Shown here: positions 19,581 to 33,740 of the stretch, in pieces
Position numbering within the stretch: the first letter of the stretch is position 1
Layout of the letters: every line of letters begins with the position of its first letter
DNA from: Paraspadella gotoi
Lineage: Eukaryota > Animalia > Chaetognatha
Length of the DNA: 64,000 bases
NCBI GenBank assembly: GCA_051294375.1
Contig: CM119267.1
Location: 15,974,105 to 16,038,104, forward strand
Reading direction: 5' to 3'
Program-made: the position numbers and the translations under genes
Notes under the pieces: model-generated
What the model was told of the DNA's origin: nothing
The model's input: only the letters and a program-made list of their open reading frames with translations
Database searches by the model: none

Positions 19581-22500
19581 TATCTATCTATCTATCTTTT
19601 TTTTCTGACATTCTCGCTTCTTATTTTTCCTTATGTCTTTTGTTCACTCGTCAACCGGGTCGCTATTAGTCTCTAAATAGGTTCAAAGAACAACAAAAAA
19701 CAAAAGGCCTTTCTGCGTTTTGCGCTCCAGTTTAGGTGACTCCTAATTAATATTTCATTTAAAAAAAAGAAACGAAATTTGATGAGACAAAAAAGAAAAA
19801 GTCAAAGCTACATAATACAATAAATGTCCTCAAGAAAGTAGCCATCGTATTCCTCATGATGATGAAGAGGATGAAAAAAAAAAAATTGGACGTAGAGTAG
19901 GCGGACTCACTCGGTCTCGCCTTCGAAGATGGTAATTGGATACGAAGAGCGGCTAAGAGCCAAAGCCCTCCATTTTTTCGCCGTCCAAATATCATCAACT
20001 TGGTGTAATCCATAGGATTCGTCCTCGCGCGTGCGTGACCGTCGACCGGCGTGGCCGGGTCGGGGTGGGATACCGATCTTTTTCTCAATCACTCCCCGGC
20101 CTCCATATTTTTTCTGTCTCCTGTTCACCACCCTCTCCACCGTTTTCACCACGCGCTTCCTCGACCCCGCTAGAGACTAAATCACCCGCGGCGCGCCCTC
20201 TGCCGTTGGCTCCGCCCGGTCCCGGCGTTCCCCGCAATCTCTGGCGTGAAGTTCGACCCGTTGGCGGCGGCGTTTTCTCTTCTTTTTTTTTTTTCTTTCT
20301 GGCGGAACGAAGACGCAATTAATGGCGGTGATCTTTTCGCCCGCAAAGTAGATGAATGGATTTCTTCTCTCAATCTCTTCCACTCCCGAGCCTCTCGCGG
20401 TCTTTTTTACTCTCTCCCTCCGGCTCTCCCTCCCTCCTTCCCTTTGGGGCCCCTTTTCATCCCGAGATCAAATGGAGATGTAATCAGAACGACGGGAGGC
20501 CGCGTGCCCGTTGGGCTGTCCATCGGATCCTTAGCTTCATTTCGTTCACGTGATCCACTTTCGAAATAAGGTCCGAAAGAAAACCTTTTTTATTCTTGAT
20601 TTCCTCTTCCCTTCGCCCAAAATGTGTTAAAGTCGCCCTCCCCCCTCCCTGTCCATGTTGGCCCTTCCCATTTTCAAGCGTTAAGGTCATCAGCGGGAGA
20701 CTTCACGATATCTTGGTTGGAGTCCGGTTGAGTGATATTAATTAATTAATTTAATAATACCGCTGTTAACAAAAAAAATCAGACTAGTCCAGGCATCATC
20801 ATCGTCCTAAAATACCGCCATCTTTTGTCGACGTCGACTTAAGACTTCTCCACCGCCATCGTCTGAGAGCATCGGCCTTTGACGAAACCTCGGCAAAGAC
20901 AAAAGACACGGATTATGGGTATAAGAAGATTCATGGAAAAGTTGAGCCAAATGAGATGGAAGAAAAGAGCAGACAATCCAAAGACACGAGTCACGGCCCT
21001 AAGAGACTCTCTATATTTTTTTTCGAGGGGGGCGGGTTGTTCGGTATTGTCTCTTTCATCTCTCTCTCTCTCTCTCTCCCTCCCTCTCCCCCTCTCCCTC
21101 TTCTCCCAGTTTCCCGCACTTTCCATTTCCTTCTCGACTCTTCCCTTCTCCGTTGGAAAGACTGATTTGATTTTTGGAAGCAAAAAGTCGGGAGCTGAAA
21201 GAGACACATCTGTGTTTAAGTTGAAAGAACATTAGTGAGTAAAGTCGTTAAAAAAAATATGAAATTGCATTCGAGAGTGGAAAAAAAAAGTCGGGTAGCG
21301 CATTTGCCCGAGAAAGAAAACGACACTATTTTCATAACGGAAACTACGTTTTGACTCACGTCGCTGACAAGAAAATAGTATAAATCGGCATGAAAACGGA
21401 AAAAAAAAACAGAAAAAAGAAAACCATGAGAAAAAAATTCTTTAAAAAAAAAAAAAATCAAAACACACGAGACCGAAAAGAGAGCGCAGATAAAAACAAG
21501 AGAAAAGAGGGCAAACAATGTCTACGAGGGAAAGAGAAAAGAGGACGAGGTCTTGGAAGAGGATTTGTGACGATAATGGAAATGGGCTCGTGCTCATCCT
21601 TTCCCATCCTCGGTGGTCGCTGCCGAAAGCCCGGGGAGAGAGAGAGAGAGAGAGAGAAAGAAGTTGGAGAAGGCAATCTCTTGCGCGCCTCTCTCCGACC
21701 ACTCTGCCTTGACGGCGACGCGTGACTCCCTCAAGATTTTCACGTCGCTTCTCTCCCCCAATTTTTTTTATCTGCGAATCCAACGTCTCGATGGGGACTT
21801 GTATTTAAAATGTATATAAATTACAAGTTATGTTACATATTTTTACCTTCACATATACAAAACTTGATGGCCCGTGTTGCGAGGTTAATTTTTGGACGAA
21901 ATCTTAAGCACCGTCTTCGTTTTACGAAAATTATCAAGAGTGAAAAAGCAGCGATAACACTGCACAGTGCACCCCCAGAATACAGCCGAGAGCCATCGCA
22001 GCCTCCCTAGAAAATGGGGCCTTTACTTGGGGGATGTGGAAGGATTGTGCGGCCTTTGAATCGGACGTCCGCTCAATTGAACTTTGACTCGAAAACGCTG
22101 GATGTTGGGGGGAGATTCGGGGGGAGGGGGAGGTGGGTTGGAAGAGAAGATGAAGTCCAGCTCGGAATTAGATGGTAGAAGGGTTGGGGTGGCCGCGTTG
22201 GGGGAAAGTAAAGAGAAAACTCGGATCTAATTTTGCTGTATTGCCTAATTTACAATTTTTCAATCTCGGGGATGAATTGAGCGGATAAAAGGCGTGACAG
22301 AGAGAGAGAGAGAGAGCAAGTAAACGAAGTTGGGGGGAAAAACTCTGTCAATCTAATTGGAGGGTGAATAAAAGTGACGGAGCCAATCTCCGAAAAGAGG
22401 GCAGTAAAGAAAGATGTCAGCCAGTCTCTGGGTAGGTGAGGGGATGTGACGACTCTTGGGTAAAAGGAGTGCCCGCTTTCGATCGAGTCCTTCGCTCGGG

Positions 22501-23704
22501 TCCTGACCCCTCTTAACTTATATTCGTCTTCAATCAGTCAGAAAAACTTGACGCTCAATTCCATTCGCGGTCTTTCCCAGAGACGGAATCCGGATGGACG
22601 ATGGACAGACAGACAGACAGACAGACACGTTGAAAGATTCACCAAAGCCAGAGTGTTGAAGTGAATAAGAATTTTGTATCTTAATATAGCCCAAAAAATC
22701 GATGCTATTTGCTAATTCTATGGAGTGAGAATTTTTCAATTAATTGTTATTTAAAAGAAAATCAAGCTTTCGACTAAAAATAAACGAACGTTCGAAACTT
22801 TCAGCTGCTGGGCATTAAGTAAAATAAAAAAAAGTTTAAAACATTTCTATCCTGTGAGAAATGGTAAGTATTTTTATCGAGCCTTGACCGGCGAAGCCGG
22901 GTCAGGCTCTATAATGTTTTAGGGTTGCTTCTTTGTGACGTACGTCGTCGTCGTCGTCGTCACGCTGTTTTCATATATAAAACTACTACGCTTTTATAGG
23001 TTTGGCTGTGACTTACCGTTTTTTTTTAAATAAAAATTATTATGAATTATGATAAAGTTTTACAAAAGTGTGCGATCATAGTAAGTTAAAAATTTAGATA
23101 TGGCTTTTCATCTTGAAATAGCTGTGATATTTTCATATTACATTTGGATTTAAGTATTTTTTGTTTGAATTTCCACTTCATTATGATTTACTGCAATATG
23201 CAAATGAGATTAAAGTACTCCTTATAATATCCAAATTAGTATATAGAAATGCTTTAATCTAATTTACATATTGCAGTATATAATATTGAAGATGAAATTC
23301 AAAAATTTGTTTTAAATTTTTAATAAAAATGGGAACTCAAAGGATTTTTTTAATGAGAAGCTATATCTTAATTTTAATACAAATATAAATTAAATCTTTT
23401 ACAAGCTGCGATTGGAAAAAATTGGAAAAATTTCCAATTGTAAACAATTGTAACATATTTTTGCCTTTCTTTTATTTCTTTAAATTATATATAGATTTTC
23501 TTTCCTATATTTGTCAGTTGCTGCTTCTTCTGAACCCTTAAAGTTCAGGTTCTGCAGTGACTGTTCAGCTGGCTTCCAGCTTTCTCTTTCTTTCTGTCTC
23601 TTTGTCTCTCTTTTTCTCTTTCTGTCTCTCTTTCTCTCTCTTTCTGTCTTTCTGTCTCTCTCACTCTGTACGATCGTTCGTTTTTTGAAAAATTCTGATT
23701 ATAT

Positions 23705-23815
23705 TTTCCTTCTCAAAACTTTTATTATCGCCATTTATTCCGCGCTTTTTTTTCAATACAAAATCCCAAATTTATATCTGAGATATAATTGGAAAGAAAT
23801 TCGGTTTTTTTTTTT

Positions 23816-23856
<41 letters not shown>

Positions 23857-24240
23857 ATTTTTTTTAAAAAATGAAGAATAACTTATAATGATATGCATTA
23901 TCACATATAAATCAGCTAATGTAACCTATTATATATGCAGCACTTTCGCCGAATAATATAATTGCATGCATCACATTATAAAAAAAAAAATTTTGTTTTT
24001 ATTTATTATTGCAACTTGGACCGGTTGGCCCACTATTGGCAAATTATATCTAAAATAGGAGTTGATAAGAGAGATATAGTCAAATTAAACATTACTTTTT
24101 TTGTTATTCTGATAATTTGTACTATTATTAAATTTATAAATATTTTTAGTGTATATATTATAAATTAATTAAATATGCAAATATTAAATTTGACCTCGGT
24201 CTGGTTTCTTCCTAAAAAAAGAACAATCTTTTTCTCTCTA

Positions 24241-24287
<47 letters not shown>

Positions 24288-24637
24288 TTTTTTTTCCTTC
24301 TAAAACTTTTATTATCGCCATTTATTCCGAGATTTTCGTGGATTTTTTCCTTCTAAAAACTTTTATTATCGCCATTTATTATTTTATCTCAATACAAAAT
24401 CCCAAAATACAATAACTTACTTAACCTAGATTTCGTGGTCGTTGCGGAGCAACAAGTAAACAATGTCGAGGAACATGACCTAATAACGCGTTACGTGTAT
24501 AAAAAAAAATCAACATAGACCCAATTTCACGACGCCGTTGCGAGGCAACGGATAACCGATATAAACGAGAGTGACCTAATAATGCGTCTCGTTGGTGGGA
24601 AAACTCTCTCTCTCTCTCTCTTTCTCACTCTCCCTCC

Positions 24638-24691
<54 letters not shown>

Positions 24692-24800
24692 TTTTTTTTT
24701 CCTTCTAAAAACTTTTATTATCGCCATTTATTCCGCGCTTTTTTTCTCAATACAAAATCACAAATTTACATCCGAGATTTTTCGTGGATTTTTTTTCTAA
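23705..24800. repeat. Locally reiterated block (TTCCTTCTAAAACTTTTTATTATCGCCATTTATT...), 4 copies interspersed with (CT)n
   Basis: Near-identical copies at about 23705, 24295, 24347 and 24700. Confidence 0.75.
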
Positions 24801-24871
24801 AAATTCTGATTATTCTTTATATAAACGAGAGAGACCTAATAATGCGTTTCGTTGGCGGGAAAACTGTCCAG

Positions 24872-24925
<54 letters not shown>

Positions 24926-24984
24926 ACTCATACACGCATTTGTTTGTTTTATTTACGATGAATGATTCAGCGCGTCAATGAATC

Positions 24985-25190
24985 ACTATCATCGCATCAA
25001 TGAATGACTATCATCGTATCAATGAATGATTATCATCATATCAATGAATGACTATCATCGCATCAATCATTTGATTATCATCAAATCAGTCATTTTGTTA
25101 TCATCGCATCAATTATTGGTTATCATCGCGTCAATATTTGGTTATCATCGCATCAATATTTGGTATCATCGCATCAATATTTGGTTACTA
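24985..25190. repeat. Minisatellite with a ~21-bp unit (TATCATCGCATCAATGAATGA)
   Basis: About 9 visibly degenerating tandem units. Confidence 0.8.
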
Positions 25191-28100
25191 TCGAAAGCGG
25201 CTCGATCTTTATGCTTTTAAGATTTTTTTTGTATCATTCGCGAGTGGACACTGGGGTAGCTTTTATTCCTTTCTTTGCCTTCAAAACGTTGATACCATAG
25301 TCATATCAAAAGTCATAAGACATTTCATGACTTTTTATCGGTTTTCTGTTATTTGTTAACTCGATTAATAACTTTTTATCATACAGGAATTGAACAACTA
25401 TATTTTTATCCATTACGTTATAATTTGCCCTAAAATGTATTGCTGTGTTTTGCTAGATTTAAACAGCAGCTGCGTTTCGCCCTTTCGGCCGTTTTTGTTA
25501 GAACTTTAGAACTTTTCAACTGACGCACTTAGGTACTATCAACTCTGTTCCTAGATAGAAGGCTTCTATCTACTTCTATCTACCAATGGCTCGAATTAAT
25601 TGTCAAAATATTACAAAACACAAAATAGAATGTTTACTTATAAAAATACAAATAGCGTTAAACAATAACATATTTGAAAAAAAAAAATCACAAATATGGC
25701 ACGTGTAAAATGTATGAGAAATAATTTCCCAGAAAAAAAAAAGTTTTGTAACGATCAAAAATGTTTGACTATATTCTACGTAATATCTTTTTGCTATATA
25801 TCTCTATAATCTTTAATATATACTGGCAAAACCCACGACGGATGTGTCAAGGATGAGATTCCTAAGATAAAGAAAGAGTCTATTGCAACGTTGCATATTA
25901 AAACGATCAATGTTGTCATCGATGTTGCCAAAAATTTCGTAATTTTAATCTCGGATCCGTTTTAAGCTCTGCTGACGAGACGTCAATCGTCGAATTTAAA
26001 ACTCATCCATCGTTTTTCACTCGCACAAGAGATTAAGAAAACTTTCATCGTTTAAATACCGAGAAACTTAGAAGTCGGTAACGACGACGACGATTCGAAG
26101 GATCTTTTTCTCANNNNNNNNNNGACGTCATCCGAATTAACTGATGCCGATGGGCTTTCTATATCTGCGAGAGAAGTTAAGCGATAGAGGGGGAGAGAGG
26201 AGAGGGAGAGCGCGAGTGCGCGAGTCGCTCTAAACGGCAATTATTTTCTGAGAAATCGATTTTTCGGCATTTCTCTCTCTCTCTCTCTCTCTCTCTCCTC
26301 TCGTCATCCTCCCTCTCTCTGTTTCACTCTTCCCGTCTCTCCTCTCCTCTCATCTTCTCCTCTCTCGCTTGCCGCGCTCGACTCTGCGCTAACTGCGTGC
26401 AACCCTGTGCACTGAGAGATGGCGTCGTGGGTCGTGGGCGGCGCTGGCTCGCCACGAGTCTCCGCGTGGGAGGGGCGTTGACCCGCGCCTCCATCAATCG
26501 GGCCGAGATGGCGCTGGGCGGTCGAGAGGGGAGGGAAGTGGAGGCGTCGTTGATGGCTGTTGAGACGAGGAGACTTTTGCCGAGACTTCGCTAGCGCTTG
26601 CGGTCATTTGTCCTTCAAATTAATCAGCGAACCATTTTATAAACACTTTCGGCATCTTACCCCACAAAATATAATATAATAGCAGTATATTGCTGAACTT
26701 AAATGCTTAAAAAATAAAAATCCTTCAAAATCATAATCGAAGATATAAACATGTAAAGAAGATACGATTTTAAGTTCCATGGGTTAAAAATTTGAAAAAT
26801 TATAAAATATTAAATCAACTTACATATTTTATTGATTCTTACGCACCTTATTGATAGGTTTTTACCTTATGAAAAAACATTTTCCTTATTTAGAGAAAAA
26901 AAAACTATTTTCTTACCTCCTTGCTCGTTCGTTGAATGGGCGACCGAAGAACTTGAGAAGAAAAAATGGCAAATATTAAAAAGAGAAAACAAATAAATAA
27001 GTTTTTTAGTCACTGCGTTTCTACATGCTGTTAGCGACATTAATCGACACAAAGCTACTGTTCAGCGTCTCTGGTATGAAAACTCTTTTAAGATATTTTG
27101 CGTTTCTTCTAAACATAACAGCACTGCCAACCGCTCAAAAGTAAAAAAAAAAAAAAAGAATAAAAAAAATGTTAAAACAATTCAATGAAATTGGACACAG
27201 CTCATTTCTACACTACCTGACGTTACTGTCTAGTGTCTATAAGGCCGAATTAATGGTTTTAAATTTGATTTCTAAGACTAGCTAAGTATTAAGGCTACTG
27301 AAGCCTTTTCCTTGCATGCATGGCGTTCTGAGTTTACGATAGCAAATGTGAAAATCATTTTTTTTAAATCGCTATGTTTTTTTTTTGTCCCGTGTACCAT
27401 TACGCAAACTGGGAAGACCATGCCTCAAGGCAACCGGCTATGGGATTACATGAGAAACACTGTTATCTTTTACTGCAGCAGAAACTTTTTTTACATTCAG
27501 GAATTGGAATTACTACTATGGATATAATTTAAAAAAAAAAACATTCATGCTGCAATACAAGTTTCTACCAAATCTGGGTTTATACCGTGTTGACTACTTC
27601 GAATAAAATGCTTAGCAAGGATTTTAAACGCTTTACTTAATCATTAAGATAGATCTATTATGAACCAAAATAGGCAAAAATAAAGGAATTCATTAATTAT
27701 CATCAATGTATATCATGAACAAGTCAGCAGAATTGCAAGAACGCTAAAACAGATATACAGATTGTGATTGAGAAGACGTTTGGTAGCAATGCGACGGCAC
27801 CTCTCGCTCTGAATTTTTTTTTTTAAATTGGGAAGAACCAGGCTTTTTTTTTTTTCAATAAATCGAGGAAAGGCGTGATCCGTGGTCACGCGTTAGTCGC
27901 CCGAGGCACGGCGCAAGAAGACAACGTCTCAATAACATCTTCAAAAGTTACATTTCAATATATTTCGACGCAAGTCCCGGTTAGACGCGCCGCGGGCGAC
28001 TCGGCTCTTTCTTTCTTTGATAGTCTCGAACGCTGCACTGGCGTTGCGAATACGTGCAACAGAGAGAATTATAGGAAATAAAAAAAAACAAGTTTTCTCC

Positions 28101-29353
28101 GTGAAGGTTTTACAAAAGTTAATATAATTCTGCCTCCTGTGAAAAATACTAATAATGCTCCTCTGGGTAGTTGGGGAGGGATGGCGAAGAAAAACAAATT
28201 AATAGTTTTTAAAAATATCTTTTGACGTAAATATATATTTATATATATAAAAGCCACGAGGCTGTTAGCGAATCGGTCAGTGTTTTGTTCAAATTAAAAA
28301 AAAAAAGGTGTACAACTTACGGACACGTAACTTTGATAAGACGTTAGAAACTTTTTATATAAAATTTAGTAATGAAAACAGTCTATCGCTGATTTGACGA
28401 ATAGCAACATGCATGGTGAGACAAAACGGATAGTTTCATTTAACTTTTTTTTTTTTATAAAACGTGATAGTTATTTAGTGCTTGAAAATTGTTTAGATCT
28501 CTTCCTTTTTAGGTAGAAATTTACAAATGTTTAAAATCGCCCATCACGCGGATTACATGGTTGATCACATGTTTAAAACAGAAAGAAAAAATTAGGAGTT
28601 GCGCTCAGTCATGGTTTAAAGCTATGAAATCTGAAATTTTACTTGACTATTCGAAATGTAGATGCGATAACTCGCAACTGGGCGCACGCTCCTGGGTGGT
28701 TATTAGTTAACAAGGGAGCAAAATTAGATTTCATACGATATTTCGTCAAGACGAGGGCATTGATCAAAAAATTCGTTGACCCCAAGGATCGAAGAGGTAA
28801 ATTATCCAAGTAAAAAATAGATATTGAGAATATTTTCTTGGAATTTACTAAGCATATGGAAATACAATATGATGGAAAAAAAATAGCGAATCTAATTATG
28901 CCACCTTAGCTTTAGTGTTATATGTTAAGGACAGAGTGAGAGAAAAGTGAAATAGCGATAGAAAAAGGAAAGAAATATATGGAACGAAAAAACGAAACAA
29001 AAAATGAGCTGAGACTTTTTCGGTCAACAATATATAAGCATTGCCCTACTCTTCGATGCTAAAGTAATCAAATCAACAAAGGAACGAAGCAAAATGAGCA
29101 AACTTTATCAGTAACTAGATGTAATTTTTTTTTAACTTGGCAATGATATAAGGCAGGTTTGGTGAACAAACCTCTTTATGAACGCTACATTACTGTAAGA
29201 CTGCTATTTTAAAATAAGACTAGTTTATTTTAATTTTTAAAGCAGCAGTAGGACCTTTACTATTTGGTGGCGCTATAAATATAGAATATCATTTTCATTC
29301 GAATATTTACATAATACTATTTTCCAAACAATTCTAATCTGCATAACAAAATA

Positions 29354-29441
29354 CAGTAGGCTCTCGCCATAACACATTTTTATAAAACTAAAGTAGTTCG
29401 GGATTATATTTTATAATATAAATTATAACGAGAGTCTACTG
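29354..29441. mobile_element. Tc1/mariner (pogo/Tigger-like) MITE
   Basis: TA|CAGTAGGCTCTCGCCATAA ... TTATAACGAGAGTCTACTG|TA: inverted ends with a TA target duplication. Confidence 0.7.
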
Positions 29442-30773
29442 TATACGAAAAAACAGAACAGTTAATAAACCCTTTTGTTTTTTGATTCTATAGCAGGAAA
29501 GATGGCACACATCGACAAAAAACCTATTCTTTCGTATTTACAAACATGCGCACAATAAAACTGTGAGACAACATAGAATCATAGATAAAATTTAGTCAAT
29601 GATTTCTATTTGATGTTTTGATTGCTTATTGGCGGGTCTTAAAAAAACATCTAAAAAAATTTTCGTAGTTGTATTCAGTTAATTTAAAACGAAAAACGGT
29701 TCATAATTCGTGGATATCGTGTTTCTTTCAGGGTAAAGAAATAATTACGTTGTCTCAATACCGAGAGCTAAGTAACAAGAGCTCTATACAACCAGTCTCT
29801 ACAACAATGCTTAGAAGCAACAATCTTTTGCATTCAGTTTCTACAACAACGGGTAAAGGGCGGATCCAGCGGGGCCAGCGGGGGGGGGGGCAGCGGGGGG
29901 CCAGAGGCGGGGGTGACTGAGAAAGGGGAGAATCTTTTTTAGGGACCCTAAGAAGATTGAGGACCTTTTTTTTTGTGGGTCAAAATTGGGCGGTGGTCAT
30001 TGGTCAGAGAAGAGGGAAGATACGACGGAAGCACGAGAATTCTAGACGCAGAGGCACCCAACTGCAATTGTCGCAAACAAAGACTGTTGCGCGGAACCGA
30101 GTGCGTCTATCAAAATTCGCAAGATTCAGTCGATCTCTATAAATTTTAATCGAATCCTTGGTTGATCGTTAATTTTCTTGTTTAGAAAACCAAAATTATC
30201 GGCGCGACAAGAATTTTATTTTAAGTATGTAAAGTTATAGATAAGGATACGAGAGGAAAAAAAAGGATAGTCGGAGATAGGGTGAGAGAGAGAGAGAGAG
30301 CGAGAAAGAGAGAAAACGGGAGAGAGAATTCAGACCAAAAAAAAAAAAAGGATAGATAAATCTCGGAGATAGAGACAGAGTGTGATATGATGACGGTTTA
30401 GAAAAGCGGAAAAGATTTTCGGAAAGGAAAAAAAAAGGAAGTTTATACGGGTTAAATTTGCGTTGTTACTGTAGTCGTTGTCGTTCGTCCTTCACGTAGC
30501 AGGGAAAAGTAAATCTTGTCATGAGAATTTAGTGGTACCTTGGTAGAGAAAGGAAAACGAAAAGAGTGCGATGGTCTTTTGTTTGGTTTTGGTTCATCAT
30601 TTGGAGATGACAGGAACACGGACGAAAATTGTAAATTTCAAGTGTTGCTAATGTAAAAACTGTTTCGGTTCCCGTGGACCCGGAATAAAGATAGGACCGA
30701 GACATGGACCAAGAATGGCCCAGACGCACAAAGACGGGAAGGGAGAGATACTTTGGCTTGTTTGTTTTTAGTC

Positions 30774-30806
<33 letters not shown>

Positions 30807-31421
30807 TTCTAAGGGGAGAAAGAGAGACTCGGGTGAAAGAAAGAGTATTGAAAGAGAATACATATATATCGTTAATGTATATACAATAAGGACAATTTCA
30901 GATCATCCAAGTATATGTAGCTTGGGTGCGCAATCACAATTGTTTTTGATTCTTCACTGTAAACGGAGTGCGTGTCACTAAATTAAACGGATCGGATTTA
31001 AGTAAACGGAAATATTTAAAACAAATAATTTCTTTAGTCGCCAGCCGATCGCTGGCCGGTGGCCGGCCAACTAGCCAAGCTACAAATAAAAAACCAAAGT
31101 CAAAACTATCAAAAGTTTATGTGGCGCTACAGGTTTTTTTCTTTCTTTCTATTAAAAATCTACGGATGAAAAAAAAAAAGGAAAGTATTAATTAATATGA
31201 GTCTTTTTAAGGAAGTCAGTTTTTGGTGCGCGACTGATTTTTAAAAGAAAAAACAAATTAAATCTAAGATAAGGTAAGGGAGAGAGAAAATATGATCATC
31301 TACTTAGGAGAAGGGCATAAAGGGGAATAGGTGTTTAGGAATGAGAAAATAAAATCAAACTGTTGGCGGGTGAAGAGAATTGTCTTACATTTGGTGCGTT
31401 TCTCACGGAAGGGGGGCTAGG

Positions 31422-31513
31422 CAGGGCCTGTAACGAGATGCCTGTCGAAGCGAAGCCTGTCGTGAGGCGAGGCCTGTAAAGAGGCGAGGCCTGTAGAGAG
31501 GCGAGGCCTGTCC
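31422..31513. repeat. ~17-bp tandem repeat (GAGGCGAGGCCTGTARA) downstream of the musashi stop
   Basis: Six GCCTGT-anchored units. Confidence 0.7.
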
Positions 31514-31861
31514 AGTTCGTTGTCGACGACAATTTTTTTGTTGGTCAATCGCCCGCCATGAAGGAGGAGGAGGAGGAGGAGGCGGAGGAACGAGGAAAAG
31601 GGGGGGTGAAGTGGTCTGAACGAGAGAGGGAGAGAAGAGGGGTAAGGAAGAGAAGAGAGGGGAAAGGAAGAGATAGGGGTAAGGAAGAGAAGAGATGGGG
31701 AAAGGAAAGAGAAGAGAAGGGAAGGGCACGAAGCGGCTGTGTATTAGGGAAGGAAAAAGAGATTGGGGGTGGGGGGCGTAAAAAAAAGTCTTTGTGGATG
31801 AAGGGTCGGGCGGGAGGAATGAGGGCAAGGGAGTTTCCTTTTTCTTTCCTTTCTCCTCCTC

Positions 31862-33197
31862 TCAGTGGTTATGATGGTAAATGCTGTGGAAGGCCGTGCC
31901 TATGATCGGCGCCCTCCTCTCCAGCAGCGGTTGCGGAGAGTTGGCCGTGATGTAGCTGATGGGGCCGGGACTGGTGGTGCTGATGGCTCTGGGGCCGGGC
32001 GAGGTGGAGGGACCCATGAGGGCGTGGTGGAGAGTGGGCGAGGTGACGGTGGGCAACGCGGGCGACGTCTCGCTCCTGTTCATGGAGTTGGCGAGGCTGA
32101 CGAGGGCGGCCGTCTGGGCGGCGGCGGTGTTCATGGCGTTATGGTGCGTGATGAGCGGCGAGGCCGCGTGCGCGTAGTCCGTGTAGAGCGCGTTCACTTG
32201 GTTCATGATGTTCCGGTCGGCGGCGGCGGCCTGCTGCGCCTGCTGCAGCAACTGAATTTGCTGCTGCGCCGAGGCGGCGGTGGCGGCGGTGGCGGGAATG
32301 ATGCCCGCCAAGCCCGGGATCCCGGTCGCGTAGGGGAGGTAAGCGGCGTTGGCGGCGGCGGCGGCGTAGGGCGCCCCGGTGGAGCCGGCCCCTCCTCCGC
32401 CGCCCGTCTGATACTGATTGGCGGCGCCGAGGGCGGCGGCGGCGGCGAAGGCACCCGGGTACCCGATCAGCAGATCCCCGTAGACCCCGTTGGGCCGAGC
32501 CAGCACGCCCGAGAGTCCCGACTTGGCCAGGTTGGCCGACAGCATGACCTCCTTGGGCTGGGCCTTCTTGCACTCCACCATCTTCCCGTTGATCTCGTGG
32601 AAGTGGATGTCGCAGACCCTCTCGACGGCCTCTTCCTGCTCGAAGGTGACGAAGCCGAACCCGCGGTGTCGCTGCGTCGTCTTGTCCACCATCAGCATCG
32701 AGTCTTCGATGGCGCCGAATTTGCCGAAGTAGGCGTTGATGTCGTCGACGGTCGTGGCGGCGGAGAGACCGCCCACGAAGATCTTCTTCGTCTTGGTCAC
32801 CATCTTCGGGGTGGCGCGACGCGGGAACGCCACCTTCGGGTCGATGTTCTTTCCGTCGAGCTCGTGGTGCGCCTGCGCGGTGACCTTGTCCACGGCGAGC
32901 GGGTCTTTGAAGGTGACGAAACCGAAGCCGCGACTTCGTTTCGTGTTGGGATCCTTCATGACCATCGTCTCTTTGATCTCGCCGAAGAGGATGAAGTAGT
33001 CGCGAGAGATTCGGGAGTCGTTTGCCAAGGAGAGGTGCCGCCTTATTGAAGGGGGGGAGAAGGGGGGTGGGGTAAGATTTACACATTCTCTCTCTCTCTT
33101 TATGTCCATTCATTCATTCTCACAGTCGGCTTTCCGGTATTTCTCTGTGTTAGGGATCTGAAATCTCTGTCTCTCTCTCTTCTATCTCTCTCCTCTC

Positions 33198-33238
<41 letters not shown>

Positions 33239-33740
33239 GCTCTCTCTGTCTCGTTGCTCTCTCGGTTCTCTCTCTGCTGTCTCTGTCGTGTTCGAATACA
33301 ACAAGTGAACAGAATAAAAAAGTAGTGACAAATGCTACACTAAGGTTCGTACTTTTTAGGTAAATAACGTTATTGAGCTACTTATCGACAAAGTGATTTT
33401 CTGCGTTCACTACGTGACTACTTTGTACGGTACTTCTAAACAACTTATATAGTTTTTCTTTCGTTTTTTCTCCGATTTGGCACTTACTAGTATTTTAGTG
33501 CTTTCTTTCATTCTTTTATTTCTTTCATTCTTTAATATTTTCATTTTTTTCCCTTTCTTTCCTTTTTATTCTTTTCTTTCTTTCTCGCTCATCTTCACGG
33601 ACCCCTTCATTTCTTTCCTCCTTTCACTCACCGATGAACATTTTTCCAGGGTCATTGGGGATTTCTTCCGTGTTGTTGTTGTTGTTGTTGGCAGGGCGCG
33701 TCGTCATCATGGAAGCGGTGGACGTCTCTAACTTCTCCAT
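31862..33740 (-). CDS. msi: Musashi family RNA-binding protein (2 RRMs); exons 33740-33632 and 33041-31862
   Basis: NDPGKMFIG|G...WQTTPESL(R)[29 protein letters not shown]...[28 protein letters not shown]...HRGFGFVTF...[22 protein letters not shown], then an Ala/Gly/Pro-rich tail with TSPGP repeats. There is an apparent frameshift near 33003-33035, probably an assembly error. Confidence 0.93.

Larger units (their letters stand above)
22871..25230. mobile_element. Putative Helentron-associated (HINE/DINE-1-like) non-autonomous element; right boundary uncertain
   Basis: A T-run, then the hairpin GAGCCTTGACCGGC-GAA-GCCGGGTCAGGCTC followed by (GTC)n. ATCGAGCC (22876) is inverted at GGCTCGAT (25199), followed by a short stem and a T-run. 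The interior holds tandemly duplicated blocks. Confidence 0.45.

Noticed and set aside
19759-20570. Short ORFs in a GC-rich island upstream of SLC16
   Set aside because: No recognisable domain and no consistent exon chain; may be UTR or regulatory sequence.
24985-25190. CRISPR-like appearance of regular repeats
   Set aside because: The units are head-to-tail with no unique spacers, there are no cas genes, and the context is eukaryotic; this is a minisatellite.
31865-33049. 394-aa + strand ORF overlapping musashi
   Set aside because: Antisense shadow of a CDS with extreme GC3 bias; it has no independent motif and ends where the exon ends.
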